DNA of 64,000 bases from Candidatus Omnitrophota bacterium (GCA_041652815.1 JBAZGN010000001.1:317855-381854), one strand, 5' to 3'. Numbered from the stretch's first letter, positions 18,589-27,194 are shown. The notes: a model not told the origin generated them from the letters alone. A program made the numbers and translations.

Positions 18589-18677
18589 AGCTTTCAGCCA
18601 TCAGCTATCAGCAATCAGCCCCTCCCAAGGGGCGCCCTTGAAGGGTGGCTGAAGACTGACGACTGATAGCTGAAAGC
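18589..18677. repeat. Compound palindrome, CAGCTGAAAGCTG family (B2), with a GC-rich core cccaaggggcgcccttgaaggg
   Basis: agctttcagccatcagctatcagcaatcagcc...ggctgaagactgacgactgatagctgaaagc. Confidence 0.9.
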
Positions 18678-18685
18678 GTAAAAAA

Positions 18686-20398
18686 ATGGATTTACAAACA
18701 CTCAGGCATTCTTGTTCGCACATTATGGCCAGCGCGGTTAAGAAAATTTATCCGCAGGCAAAATTAGGTATTGGCCCGGCTATTGAAGGAGGCTTTTACT
18801 ATGATTTTGAAATCCCCGGCGGCATAAAGGAAGAAGATTTAGGTAGAATTGAACAATTAATGCGCGAAGAAATCAACAAAAAATTACCTTTCGTTCATGA
18901 AGATTGGGAAAGCGAAAAGGCGATTGATTTTTTTAAATCTAACGGCGAAACTTTTAAGGTTGAGTTAATAAAAGATTTGGCGCAACCCAAAGTTTCTATA
19001 TATAAGCACGGTGATTTTGTAGATTTGTGCAAGGGCCCGCATATTGCCTCAACCAAAGAGGCAAAATATTTCAAAATACTTTCAACTTCAGGCGCTTACT
19101 GGAAAGGCATAGACTCAAATCCGCAGCTCGTGCGTATTTACGGTACGGTATTTTTTACCAAAGAAGAATTAGAAGCTCATCTAAAGCTTCTGGAAGAGGC
19201 TAAGCTAAGAGATCACAGGACGCTCGGACGTGAGCTCGGGCTTTTTGAATTATTTTACAATGAAGCCGGAGCAGGCCTTGTGTTTTATTTGCCGGACGGC
19301 GCGCGCTTAAAAAGAATAATCGAAGACTGGGAAATCAAAGAGCATTACCGGCGCGGATATAAAATGGTGCAAACTCCGCACATAATGGATAAGAAATTAT
19401 GGCAGAAAAGCGGCCACCTTGATTACTATCAGGATTATATGTATCCGGTAACCAAGGAAAATCAGGAATTTATTTTAAAGCCGATGAATTGCCCGGGGCA
19501 TATACTGATTTATAAAGCAAGCCTTCGCAGCTGGAGAGAATTGCCTTTAAGAATGTTTGAACTGGGCACGGTTTATCGTTATGAAAAAAGCGGAGTGTTA
19601 CACGGTTTACTTCGGGTAAGAGGCTTTACCCAGGATGACGCGCATATATTTTGCAGAAAGGAAGATTTATACTCCGAAATAGAAGGAGTTTTGGATTTTG
19701 TAAAAGAAGCAATGAATAAATTCGGTTTTATTGATTTCACCGCGGAATTAAGCACGCGGCCGGAAAAATTTATCGGAGAAAAAGAAAATTGGGATGCCGC
19801 CGAAGGTATCTTGGAAGAAGTGCTTAAGAAAAAGAAGTTTAATTACAAAATAAATCCGGGTGACGGAGCTTTTTACGGCCCCAAGATAGACATAAAACTT
19901 AAAGATGCTCTAAATAGAGAGTGGCAATGCGCAACTGTCCAGCTGGATTATGCTATTCCTGAAAGATTCGATTTAACCTATCGTGCTCCTGATGGGAAAG
20001 ATACACGCGTGGTTATGATTCACCGCGTAATTTTAGGAAGCCTGGAGAGGTTTATCGCAACATTGATTGAGCACTACGCAGGTAAATTTCCTCTCTGGCT
20101 TTCTCCGGTTCAGGTGAGTGTTTTAAATATTACGGAAGATGTTGAGGCTTACGCTAAAGAAATAAAAGATATTTTAGAAAAAGAAAATATTCGCGTGGAA
20201 GTAGATTTACGTAATGAAACTTTGCAGAGAAAAATAAGAGAAAAAGAAATGCGTAAGGTGCCATATATGGTTATAGTCGGGAAGAAAGAACGCGATAGCA
20301 AACAGATTTCGGTACGGGCGAGAGGTATGCAGAATTTAGGCAATATGGATATGGAAAGCTTTTTGAATATCTTGAAAAAAGAAATAAAGGGAGCCTAG
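18686..20398 (+). CDS. thrS: Threonyl-tRNA synthetase (short form lacking the N-terminal TGS domain)
   Basis: 570 aa. It starts at the N2 editing-domain motif RHSCSHIMA. Class II motifs and the anticodon-binding domain are present. Confidence 0.9.
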   Translation: MDLQTLRHSCSHIMASAVKKIYPQAKLGIGPAIEGGFYYDFEIPGGIKEEDLGRIEQLMREEINKKLPFVHEDWESEKAIDFFKSNGETFKVELIKDLAQPKVSIYKHGDFVDLCKGPHIASTKEAKYFKILSTSGAYWKGIDSNPQLVRIYGTVFFTKEELEAHLKLLEEAKLRDHRTLGRELGLFELFYNEAGAGLVFYLPDGARLKRIIEDWEIKEHYRRGYKMVQTPHIMDKKLWQKSGHLDYYQDYMYPVTKENQEFILKPMNCPGHILIYKASLRSWRELPLRMFELGTVYRYEKSGVLHGLLRVRGFTQDDAHIFCRKEDLYSEIEGVLDFVKEAMNKFGFIDFTAELSTRPEKFIGEKENWDAAEGILEEVLKKKKFNYKINPGDGAFYGPKIDIKLKDALNREWQCATVQLDYAIPERFDLTYRAPDGKDTRVVMIHRVILGSLERFIATLIEHYAGKFPLWLSPVQVSVLNITEDVEAYAKEIKDILEKENIRVEVDLRNETLQRKIREKEMRKVPYMVIVGKKERDSKQISVRARGMQNLGNMDMESFLNILKKEIKGA

Positions 20399-20402
20399 TA
20401 TG

Positions 20403-20467
20403 GCTCTCAGCTTTCAGGCGTCAGCTGCCAGCCGCTGAAAGCTGAAGACCGATAGCTGACAGCTTTT
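20403..20467. repeat. Compound palindrome, CAGCTGAAAGCTG family (B3)
   Basis: gctctcagctttcaggcgtcagctgccagccgctgaaagctgaagaccgatagctgacagc. Confidence 0.85.
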
Positions 20468-20486
20468 AAAAAGGAGGTACGAGCGA

Positions 20487-20990
20487 GTGAGGTATATAAG
20501 AGTTAACGAAAAGATATTTGCAAAAACCTTAAGGATCATTGGGCCAGAAGGAGAACAGCTTGGAATTTTTCCAAAAGAACTTGCGTTAAAAAAAGCAGAC
20601 GAGGCAGAGCTTGACTTAGTAGAAGTTGCCCCTGCAGCAAATCCGCCGGTTTGCCGGATAATGGATTTTTCAAAATACCGCTATGAACAGGAAAAACGCG
20701 AGAGAGAAGTAAAGAAGCATCAAAAACAAGCCCAGCTTAAAGAAATACGTGTGAGCCCCAGGATAGATATCCACGATTATGAAATAAAATTAAAGCATAT
20801 AAAAGAGTTTCTTGAAAAAGGGCATAAAGTAAGAATAAGAATGCTGTTTCGTGGCAGAGAGCTTGCTCATAAAGACTTAGGAAACAGGGTAATCGCGAAA
20901 CTCGTTCAGGATATAGAAAAAATAGGTAAAATCGATAAAGACCCGATAATGCTTGGTAGAGCACTGGTGATGGTATTGGGGCCGAAGTAA
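20487..20990 (+). CDS. infC: Translation initiation factor IF-3 (GTG start)
   Basis: GTG at 20487 after SD AAGGAGG. LDLVEVAPAANPPVCRIMDFSKYRYEQ is the IF-3 N-domain/linker signature. Confidence 0.9.
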   Translation: MRYIRVNEKIFAKTLRIIGPEGEQLGIFPKELALKKADEAELDLVEVAPAANPPVCRIMDFSKYRYEQEKREREVKKHQKQAQLKEIRVSPRIDIHDYEIKLKHIKEFLEKGHKVRIRMLFRGRELAHKDLGNRVIAKLVQDIEKIGKIDKDPIMLGRALVMVLGPK

Positions 20991-21167
20991 CACAAATTAC
21001 CACGATGGTCTTTTACACGGTAGGTACGGTTGGAAAAATATTGTATTTTGTATACCCCTTGCGCCCAAATATCACGTAAATTTTCCTGGCCGTAGGCCGA
21101 GAAAATTTACGTGAAGCGCTTCGGGGTTAAATTTTGCGACTGCGTCGCAAAATTTAAGGAGTAAAAT

Positions 21168-21368
21168 ATGCCAAAGCTAAAAACAAAAAAAGCGTTCGCG
21201 AAAAGAGTAAAGGTTACAAAAAATAAAAAGATCCTTCGTTCAAAAGGAAGCAGGAGGCATCTTTTAAGCGCACGGAGTGAAAAAAGAAAAAGATTTTTAC
21301 GCAAAAAAGCGCTTGTCGCTGGCGTAGACAGAATGGCGGTAAAAAGGTCATTGCCGTATTCATTCTGA
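21168..21368 (+). CDS. rpmI: 50S ribosomal protein L35
   Basis: MPKLKTKKAFAKRVKVT canonical N-terminus, 66 aa. Confidence 0.9.
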   Translation: MPKLKTKKAFAKRVKVTKNKKILRSKGSRRHLLSARSEKRKRFLRKKALVAGVDRMAVKRSLPYSF

Positions 21369-21650
21369 AATGAAGCCAACATTTTTCCAAGCTGACTGTC
21401 GCAAGACAGGCGCGCAGGAAAAATGTTAGGCTGAATTTCACCCCGCCCTTTTGGCTGGGCGGATTTAAGGCTTCGCGGTATAGTGTTTAATTAGAGGATA
21501 GGTTCTGTTTCAGATTAAGTAATTATAGTTCCGCCAAAAGGGCGGGGTTTAATTCGCAGGCGGCATTGGCGCTGTTGTGCCAATGTCTATGACTTACGCT
21601 CGCAGATTCGCTCGCGTAAGTCATCTGCTCATTAAAGGAGGATAAAAGAA

Positions 21651-21995
21651 ATGCGAGTAAAACAACAACCGGCTTCACGGGCACGCAAGAAAAAAGTCCT
21701 GAAAATGGCAAAAGGCTATTGGGGAAGGCGTTCAAAAAACTACCGCCGCGCGATTGAAACAGTGCGCCGCGCGCTTGTTTATTCTTATAGGGATAGACGC
21801 GCCAGAAGAAGAGAATTCCGCGCGCTTTGGATTACGCGTATAAATGCTGCGGTAAGAGGAAAAGGGCTAACCTACAATGATTTTATGCATGATTTACAGA
21901 AGAAAAATGTCCTTCTCTCAAGAGATATGCTTGCAAAAATAGCAGCTGAATATCCTGAAGTTTTTGGTAAAATAGTTGAGGAAGTAAAAAAGTGA
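21651..21995 (+). CDS. rplT: 50S ribosomal protein L20
   Basis: RARKKKVLKMAKGYWGRRSKNYRRA canonical L20. SD AAAGGAGG. Confidence 0.9.
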   Translation: MRVKQQPASRARKKKVLKMAKGYWGRRSKNYRRAIETVRRALVYSYRDRRARRREFRALWITRINAAVRGKGLTYNDFMHDLQKKNVLLSRDMLAKIAAEYPEVFGKIVEEVKK

Positions 21996-22002
21996 TAAAA
22001 GA

Positions 22003-22078
22003 AACCAGAAACCAGAGTACAGAAACCAGAAAAAATGTTTTTTATTATCTGGTTTCTGGTTACTGGTTTCTGTAAACT
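22003..22078. repeat. Compound palindrome, GAAACCAGA family (single copy in window)
   Basis: agaaaccagaaaccagagtacagaaaccagaaaaaatg...ctggtttctggttactggtttctg. Confidence 0.85.
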
Positions 22079-22100
22079 TTCCGAGCGAAGCGAGGAAAAT

Positions 22101-22745
22101 ATGTACGTTATAATCGTTGGTTGCGGCCGTGTAGGTTCAGAGCTTGCCAAGCTTCTTTCAAACGAAGGGCACGATGTCGTTATTATCGACAAGAGCCCTT
22201 CTTCTTTTGAAAGGCTGGGCGCGGCATTCAATGGGATGACGTTCGTCGGCAATGGTTTCGACCAGGATTTATTAAAAAACGCCGGGATTGAAAAAGCCGA
22301 TGCCTTTTGTTCTGTAACCAACGGCGACAATACCAATCTTATTTCCGCGCAAGTAGCAAAAAAAATATTCAACGTGCCAAAGGTTATCGCAAGAGTATAT
22401 GACCCGCAGCGCGCGCATATATATGCAGCGCTTGGTATGGACATAATAAGCGGAACTATACTTTTTGCCGCTATGCTTAGAGACAAAATCATTGAAAGCC
22501 ATTTCTCAAGTTACCTGATTGAAACAAAAGATTTAGGAGTTATAGAAATAGACCCGAAGAAAAATCTTATCGGTAAACCCGCTGTAAGTTTAAATATCCC
22601 GGGCGAATTTATGGTAGTTGCCGTAAGGCGTATGGATGGGGTTATAATTCCTGACGAACAAACAACAATTGATGAAAATGATATACTTATGGGCATAGTC
22701 AAGGTTAAGGCTCTTGCGAAGATAAAGGAACGATTCAGTTTATAA
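22101..22745 (+). CDS. trkA: TrkA-type RCK protein (NAD-binding TrkA-N plus TrkA-C), half-size
   Basis: MYVIIVGCGRVGSELAKLL Rossmann motif. The ORF-track 5' extension from 22035 reads through the palindrome and is rejected. Confidence 0.8.
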   Translation: MYVIIVGCGRVGSELAKLLSNEGHDVVIIDKSPSSFERLGAAFNGMTFVGNGFDQDLLKNAGIEKADAFCSVTNGDNTNLISAQVAKKIFNVPKVIARVYDPQRAHIYAALGMDIISGTILFAAMLRDKIIESHFSSYLIETKDLGVIEIDPKKNLIGKPAVSLNIPGEFMVVAVRRMDGVIIPDEQTTIDENDILMGIVKVKALAKIKERFSL

Positions 22746-22749
22746 AAAG

Positions 22750-22830
22750 ATTACAGTGATTATGAAATGATTTCAGTGATTTAAAAATCTCTGCAATCAT
22801 TCTCCTGGATCACAGTAATCAATGCGAACG
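22750..22830. repeat. Compound palindrome, GATTACAGTGAT family
   Basis: gattacagtgattatgaaatgatttcagtgatttaaaaatctctgcaatcattctcctggatcacagtaatcaatg. Confidence 0.75.
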
Positions 22831-22832
22831 GA

Positions 22833-23501
22833 GTGAGTATGAATATAGTAATTATAGGGGCGGGAAAAGTCGGTTATTACTTGGCCAAAAGGCTCTATCA
22901 AAACAAGCACGCAGTAAGCATCATCGAGAAAGACAGAATAGTCTGCGATGAGCTGGCCAAACAGCTCGACATTTTGGTTATTAACGGCGATGGTTGTGAG
23001 CCGGATATTCTGGAACAAGCGGGTATAACGCGGGCAGATGTTTTAGCCGCGGTAACCGGAGACGACGAAGACAATCTTATAATCTGCCAGCTTGCCAAGG
23101 AAAAGTTCAAGGTGCACAGGACGGTCGGGCGGGTGAATAATCCCGATAATGAAAAAACATTTTCGGAACTCGGAATTGACGTTCCGGTTGACGATACTAA
23201 AATAATTGCGAAAATAATTGAGGAAGAAGCTTCATATTCCGATTTCGTAAACCTCTTAAGCTTTAAACGCGGGAAGTTAGCGATAGTTCGTGTAGACCTT
23301 CCGAAAGATTCCCCAGTAATAGGAAAATCAGTACACGAAATTACCTGGCCGGAGAATTCTACGCTCGTGTCTATTCTAAGGGCAGAGGAAGTTATCATAC
23401 CAAAGGGTGACACCGTACTTAAGCCCGGAGACGATATAATTGCTTTAACGCTTATTGGCAATGAACCGTCGCTTTTAAGCCTTTTAGTGGGCAAATTATA
23501 A
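22833..23501 (+). CDS. trkA: Second half-size TrkA-type RCK protein
   Basis: MSMNIVIIGAGKVGYYLAKRL, plus a TrkA-C domain. Confidence 0.8.
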   Translation: MSMNIVIIGAGKVGYYLAKRLYQNKHAVSIIEKDRIVCDELAKQLDILVINGDGCEPDILEQAGITRADVLAAVTGDDEDNLIICQLAKEKFKVHRTVGRVNNPDNEKTFSELGIDVPVDDTKIIAKIIEEEASYSDFVNLLSFKRGKLAIVRVDLPKDSPVIGKSVHEITWPENSTLVSILRAEEVIIPKGDTVLKPGDDIIALTLIGNEPSLLSLLVGKL

Positions 23502-23623
23502 TGCAAAGGTTTTGTAATCTGCCTGCGGATAGGTTTTTTATAGCCACCATCATTAATCTATAAATGTTTAAAAAAGTAAATGTAAGCAAGAAAATAATTT
23601 TTAATGCCATAGAAGGTATTTCT

Positions 23624-23692
23624 ATGGAAATACTTTATGCACTGGCAATTATGGCGGTAGCTTTCTTGATCTGTCTCGTTATTATTAGGTAA
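23624..23692 (+). CDS. Candidate 22-aa hydrophobic micro-protein (MEILYALAIMAVAFLICLVIIR), KdpF-like in position only
   Basis: ATG at 23624, preceded by GAAGGT 7 nt upstream. A single predicted TM helix. It lies between trkA and trkH and is not in the ORF track (below 60 aa). Confidence 0.3.
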   Translation: MEILYALAIMAVAFLICLVIIR

Positions 23693-23708
23693 GAAACAAT
23701 ATTATGAA

Positions 23709-23880
23709 AAACTCTAAACCCGAAATCCTAAACTCCCTGCCTGCCGGCCCTCGGCACAGCCTAAGGCGAGCAGGCAGGAAGACAAACTCGAAACTATAAA
23801 TCACAAACCCTAAACGCTTCGAGTTTGGAGTTTCGTGTTTGTGATTTGTTTAGAGTTTCGAGTTCAGTGTTTAGAGTTAT
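23709..23880. repeat. Compound palindrome, AACTCTAAAC family (C2), with a nested GC-rich hairpin (cctgcctgccggccctcggcacagcctaaggcgagcaggcaggaag)
   Basis: The first 24 nt are identical to C1. The nested core is absent from C1. Confidence 0.9.
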
Positions 23881-23888
23881 AAAAAAAT

Positions 23889-25391
23889 ATGGTTCTAAAA
23901 CCACATTTAGACGATTTCAAAATAATCGGTTATTATCTTGGTAAAATTACAATAGGTATCGGCCTTTTTATGCTGATACCTATTATTTGTGCATTGGGTT
24001 TTAGAGAAATAGGCCCTACCTTAGATTTTCTTATCGGAATCGGGGTGTCATTCCTTTCAGGATTTATACTCACCAAGGCATGTTTTACCGACAGAGATTT
24101 AAACTGGATGCAGGGAATGATTGTTGTTTCTTTGTCCTGGTTGGTTGCAACAATAATCGGAGCAATACCTCTACATTTAAGCGGGCACTTTAAATCTTAC
24201 CTTGATGCATGTTTTGATGCGATGTCCGGTTTTTCAACAACAGGTTTAACCCTGGTCCAGGATCTTGACCATCTCTCTTATACCCACAATCTATGGCGGC
24301 ACCTTATAATGTTTATAGGCGGCCAAGGCATTGTTATTGTTGCCCTCTCTCTCTTTGTAAAAGGCCTTTCAGGAGCTTTCAAGATGTATGTGGGAGAGGC
24401 TCGTGATGAAAGGCTGCTTCCTAACGTAATACATACCGCGAGATTTATCTGGCTGGTAAGTGTAGTTTATCTTATCTTAGGAACTTTAGCCTTATCTATA
24501 GCTGCAATCTCCGGAGGCATAAAGATTCATAATGCGCTCTTTCACTCCGTATGCATTTTTATGACAGCCTTTGATACAGGAGGATTTTCTCCCCAATCCC
24601 AAAGCATACTTTATTATCACAATGCTTCTTTTGAAATCATAACAATAGTAATTATGATATTAGGAGCTATCAATTTTAATTTACATTACCATCTTTGGTC
24701 GGGTAAACTCAAAGAATTATTCCATAATATAGAAATAAAAACTTTTTCCTTAAGTGTAATCATTATATTTATAATTACAGCCGTAGGGCTTGAAAGGGTA
24801 ATGCTTTATTTAACGCCGGGGGCCCTTTTTAGGAAAGGGTTTTACCAATTTATTTCCGCCCATACCGGCACGGGTTTTCAAACAGTATACGCTCAACAAT
24901 TTATAAATGGATGGAGCCAGCTTTCCTTAACCGGCTTGATTTTTGCAATGTCTCTCGGCGGTGCAGTTTGTTCGACAACCGGCGCAATAAAAATGCTTCG
25001 TATCGGGATAATCATGAAAGCCATCAAAGAAGATATAAGAAGAATAATGCTTCCGGAAAAGGCAATAGTTGTGCAAAGGTTTCATCATATAAAAACCATT
25101 TTTCTTGAAGATAAACAAGTGCGGGCGGCTCTTTTGATTAGTTTGTGCTACCTTGTTCTTTATTCATCCGGCGCGCTGGTGGGAATGTTTTTCGGCCACC
25201 CTTTTATTAATTCATTATTTGAATCAACATCCGCTACGGCAAACGTCGGGCTTTCCTGCGGTATTACAAATGCGGGAATGCCCGCAATCTTAAAAATTAC
25301 CTATATGATACAAATGTGGGCAGGACGTTTGGAATTTATGTCCATATTTACATTGCTGGGATTTTTAATTGCGGCGATAAAGGGGAAATAA
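23889..25391 (+). CDS. trkH: TrkH/KtrB-family K+ transporter membrane subunit
   Basis: 500 aa with a repeated M1-P-M2 architecture and GFSTTG / TGFQT selectivity-filter-like motifs. Confidence 0.85.
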   Translation: MVLKPHLDDFKIIGYYLGKITIGIGLFMLIPIICALGFREIGPTLDFLIGIGVSFLSGFILTKACFTDRDLNWMQGMIVVSLSWLVATIIGAIPLHLSGHFKSYLDACFDAMSGFSTTGLTLVQDLDHLSYTHNLWRHLIMFIGGQGIVIVALSLFVKGLSGAFKMYVGEARDERLLPNVIHTARFIWLVSVVYLILGTLALSIAAISGGIKIHNALFHSVCIFMTAFDTGGFSPQSQSILYYHNASFEIITIVIMILGAINFNLHYHLWSGKLKELFHNIEIKTFSLSVIIIFIITAVGLERVMLYLTPGALFRKGFYQFISAHTGTGFQTVYAQQFINGWSQLSLTGLIFAMSLGGAVCSTTGAIKMLRIGIIMKAIKEDIRRIMLPEKAIVVQRFHHIKTIFLEDKQVRAALLISLCYLVLYSSGALVGMFFGHPFINSLFESTSATANVGLSCGITNAGMPAILKITYMIQMWAGRLEFMSIFTLLGFLIAAIKGK

Positions 25392-25395
25392 TAAA

Positions 25396-25926
25396 ATGTC
25401 ACAGGTCACAGGTCACAGGTCACAGGTCAAAATTTTTATAAAGTTTATATTAATTATCATTTCAACCTGTTACCTGTTACCGGTTACGTGCTATTCTCAG
25501 ATTTCAAGTTCTGACTTAATCAACAATGCCAAGCAATATGACGGACAAGAGATAGTTTATACCGGAGAAGTTATCGGTGACGTGATGATAAGAGGAAAAT
25601 TTGCCTGGATAAATGTAAATGATACAAAAAACGCAATAGGAATATGGCTCTCCAAAGATTTCGCTAAAGAAATTCTCTACACCGGCAGTTATAGGGCCAA
25701 AGGTGACATTGTTGAGGTAAAAGGAAAGTTTAATCGTGCCTGCACTGAGCACGGAGGAGATTTAGACATACACGCATCTACTTTACAGGTTATCCAAAAA
25801 GGCGCAAATGTGGATGAAGTAATTTCCCCGCGTAAAATTAAGGTAGCAATTACATTTCTTATAATTTGTTTGACATTAACGGTTATTTATTTTATAAGAT
25901 TAGGCTATGGTTTTAAACACAGATGA
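25396..25926 (+). CDS. Hypothetical exported/membrane-anchored protein; start codon unresolved because the annotated 5' end runs through repeat L3
   Basis: Hydrophobic N-terminal region encoded by the repeat itself, a C-terminal TM helix, no recognisable domain. Confidence 0.4.
   Translation: MSQVTGHRSQVKIFIKFILIIISTCYLLPVTCYSQISSSDLINNAKQYDGQEIVYTGEVIGDVMIRGKFAWINVNDTKNAIGIWLSKDFAKEILYTGSYRAKGDIVEVKGKFNRACTEHGGDLDIHASTLQVIQKGANVDEVISPRKIKVAITFLIICLTLTVIYFIRLGYGFKHR
25397..25495. repeat. Compound imperfect palindrome, GTCACAG x4 facing CCTGTTACC repeats
   Basis: gtcacaggtcacaggtcacaggtca ... cctgttacctgttaccggttacgtg. Confidence 0.8.
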
Positions 25927-25960
25927 TCGCAGATTGAAAAGCAGATGATTACAGATTTGG
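25918..25960. repeat. CACAGAT-family left arm (outer arm of the nested element around F1)
   Basis: cacagatgatcgcagattgaaaagcagatgattacagattt. The partner arm ctatctgtgatttcttatctgtgccaatctgtg is at 26107-26142. Confidence 0.8.
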
Positions 25961-25974
25961 CATATTGTCATACG

Positions 25975-26105
25975 GCTATGGGTTGCGCCACTCGTTACGT
26001 CTATCGTTAATCGGTTGCGTTTTAAATGACGATAGACGATTAACGTAACCGAGACGAGCTCGCCCGCCTCCGGCGGACAGGCAACCGCAACCGATTTACG
26101 CAACC
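25975..26105. repeat. Compound palindrome, GCGGTTGCG / CGATAGACG family (F1), nested inside CACAGAT arms
   Basis: ggttgcgccactcgttacgtctatcgttaatcggttgcg...cgatagacgattaacgtaaccgagacgagc...caaccgcaaccg. Confidence 0.85.
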
Positions 26106-26106
26106 G

Positions 26107-26142
26107 CTATCTGTGATTTCTTATCTGTGCCAATCTGTGTGG
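26107..26142. repeat. CACAGAT-family right arm (ATCTGTG x3)
   Basis: ctatctgtgatttcttatctgtgccaatctgtg. Confidence 0.8.
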
Positions 26143-26157
26143 AAAAAAAGTTTTCCA

Positions 26158-27189
26158 ATGGAAACAGAAGTTAAAAAACTGGAAGAAGAATTCGGGAAGG
26201 ATTTATCAGGGGTTTGTGATGCTTTAGGTATTGAGGCGCTACGAGTAAAATACCTCGGAAGAAAAGCTGAAATTAACCGGCTTTTTTCAATGGTTCCCTC
26301 CTTAAGCAAAGAAGCAAAAGGCATCTGGGGTAAGAATTTAAACATTCTTAAAAATAAAATATCACTTGCCATTGAAGAAAAATTAAAAAGTTTAGGCACG
26401 AAAGAGGAAAAAATCGATTTAACTTATCCCGCAGCCAGGCTGGAAAAAGGAAGCCGCCATATTTTAAGTGCGGTAAGCGAAGAAATTTGTTCGGTTTTTG
26501 AAAAGCTTGGGTTTACCGTAGTTGAAGGAACCGAAATAGAAGATGAATGGCATAACTTTAGCGCTTTAAATATACCGCTGGATCATCCTTCGCGCGATGC
26601 TTTCGATACTTTTTATCTGGATATACCGCAGCCGCAAGAAAAACACAGAGGAAAGTTTTTGCTGCGCAGCCACACCTCGCCGTCTCAAGCACGCGTGATG
26701 AGCGTATCCAAACCTCCCCTTGCGGTTATTTCTCCGGGAAGAGTTTACAGGCCGGATGCAGTTGATGCTTCGCATTCTTTTATGTTCCATCAGGTTGAAG
26801 GTTTTGCCATAGATAAAAACATAAATTTTGCGCACCTTAAAGGCGTGCTTCTTAATTTTGTAAAACTCTTTTTTTCTCCCGATGTTAATTTGCGTTTCCG
26901 GCCGCACTTTTTTCCTTTTACTGAACCTTCGGCTGAAGTTGATATTTCATGTTTTATCTGTAAGGGCAAAAAAGATAAATGCAGCTTATGTAAAGGAAAA
27001 GGCTGGCTCGAAATACTTGGCTGCGGAATGATTCATCCCAAAGTTCTTGAAAATTGCGGTATAGATTCGAAAAAATACAAAGGCTTTGCGTTTGGTATGG
27101 GGGTGGAACGGCCGGCAATGCTTAAATACGGCATAAATGATATTCGGCTGTTTTATGAGAATGATGTTAAGTTCCTTGAACAATTTTAA
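26158..27189 (+). CDS. pheS: Phenylalanyl-tRNA synthetase alpha subunit
   Basis: Class II motifs (FRPHFFPFTEPS, GFAFGMGVERPAML). The start METEVKKLEE at 26158 is preferred over the ORF-track 26113. Confidence 0.9.
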   Translation: METEVKKLEEEFGKDLSGVCDALGIEALRVKYLGRKAEINRLFSMVPSLSKEAKGIWGKNLNILKNKISLAIEEKLKSLGTKEEKIDLTYPAARLEKGSRHILSAVSEEICSVFEKLGFTVVEGTEIEDEWHNFSALNIPLDHPSRDAFDTFYLDIPQPQEKHRGKFLLRSHTSPSQARVMSVSKPPLAVISPGRVYRPDAVDASHSFMFHQVEGFAIDKNINFAHLKGVLLNFVKLFFSPDVNLRFRPHFFPFTEPSAEVDISCFICKGKKDKCSLCKGKGWLEILGCGMIHPKVLENCGIDSKKYKGFAFGMGVERPAMLKYGINDIRLFYENDVKFLEQF

Positions 27190-27194
27190 TGGAG

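Noticed and set aside
22035-22100. 5' extensions of ORFs that read through palindromes (22035, 26113, 29468, 29866, 34387, 34823, 52575, 58065)
   Set aside because: In each case the extra N-terminal residues are encoded by a repeat hairpin, and a downstream ATG with a good Shine-Dalgarno sequence gives a protein with a canonical family N-terminus.
21872-22492. 206-aa minus-strand ORF spanning the rplT end, the GAAACCAGA palindrome and trkA
   Set aside because: It crosses an intergenic hairpin and runs antisense to two good genes. It is an artefact of AT-rich sequence.
22898-23506. 202-aa Ser-rich ORF antisense to the second trkA
   Set aside because: It has low-complexity composition, lies antisense to a well-supported RCK gene, and has no RBS.
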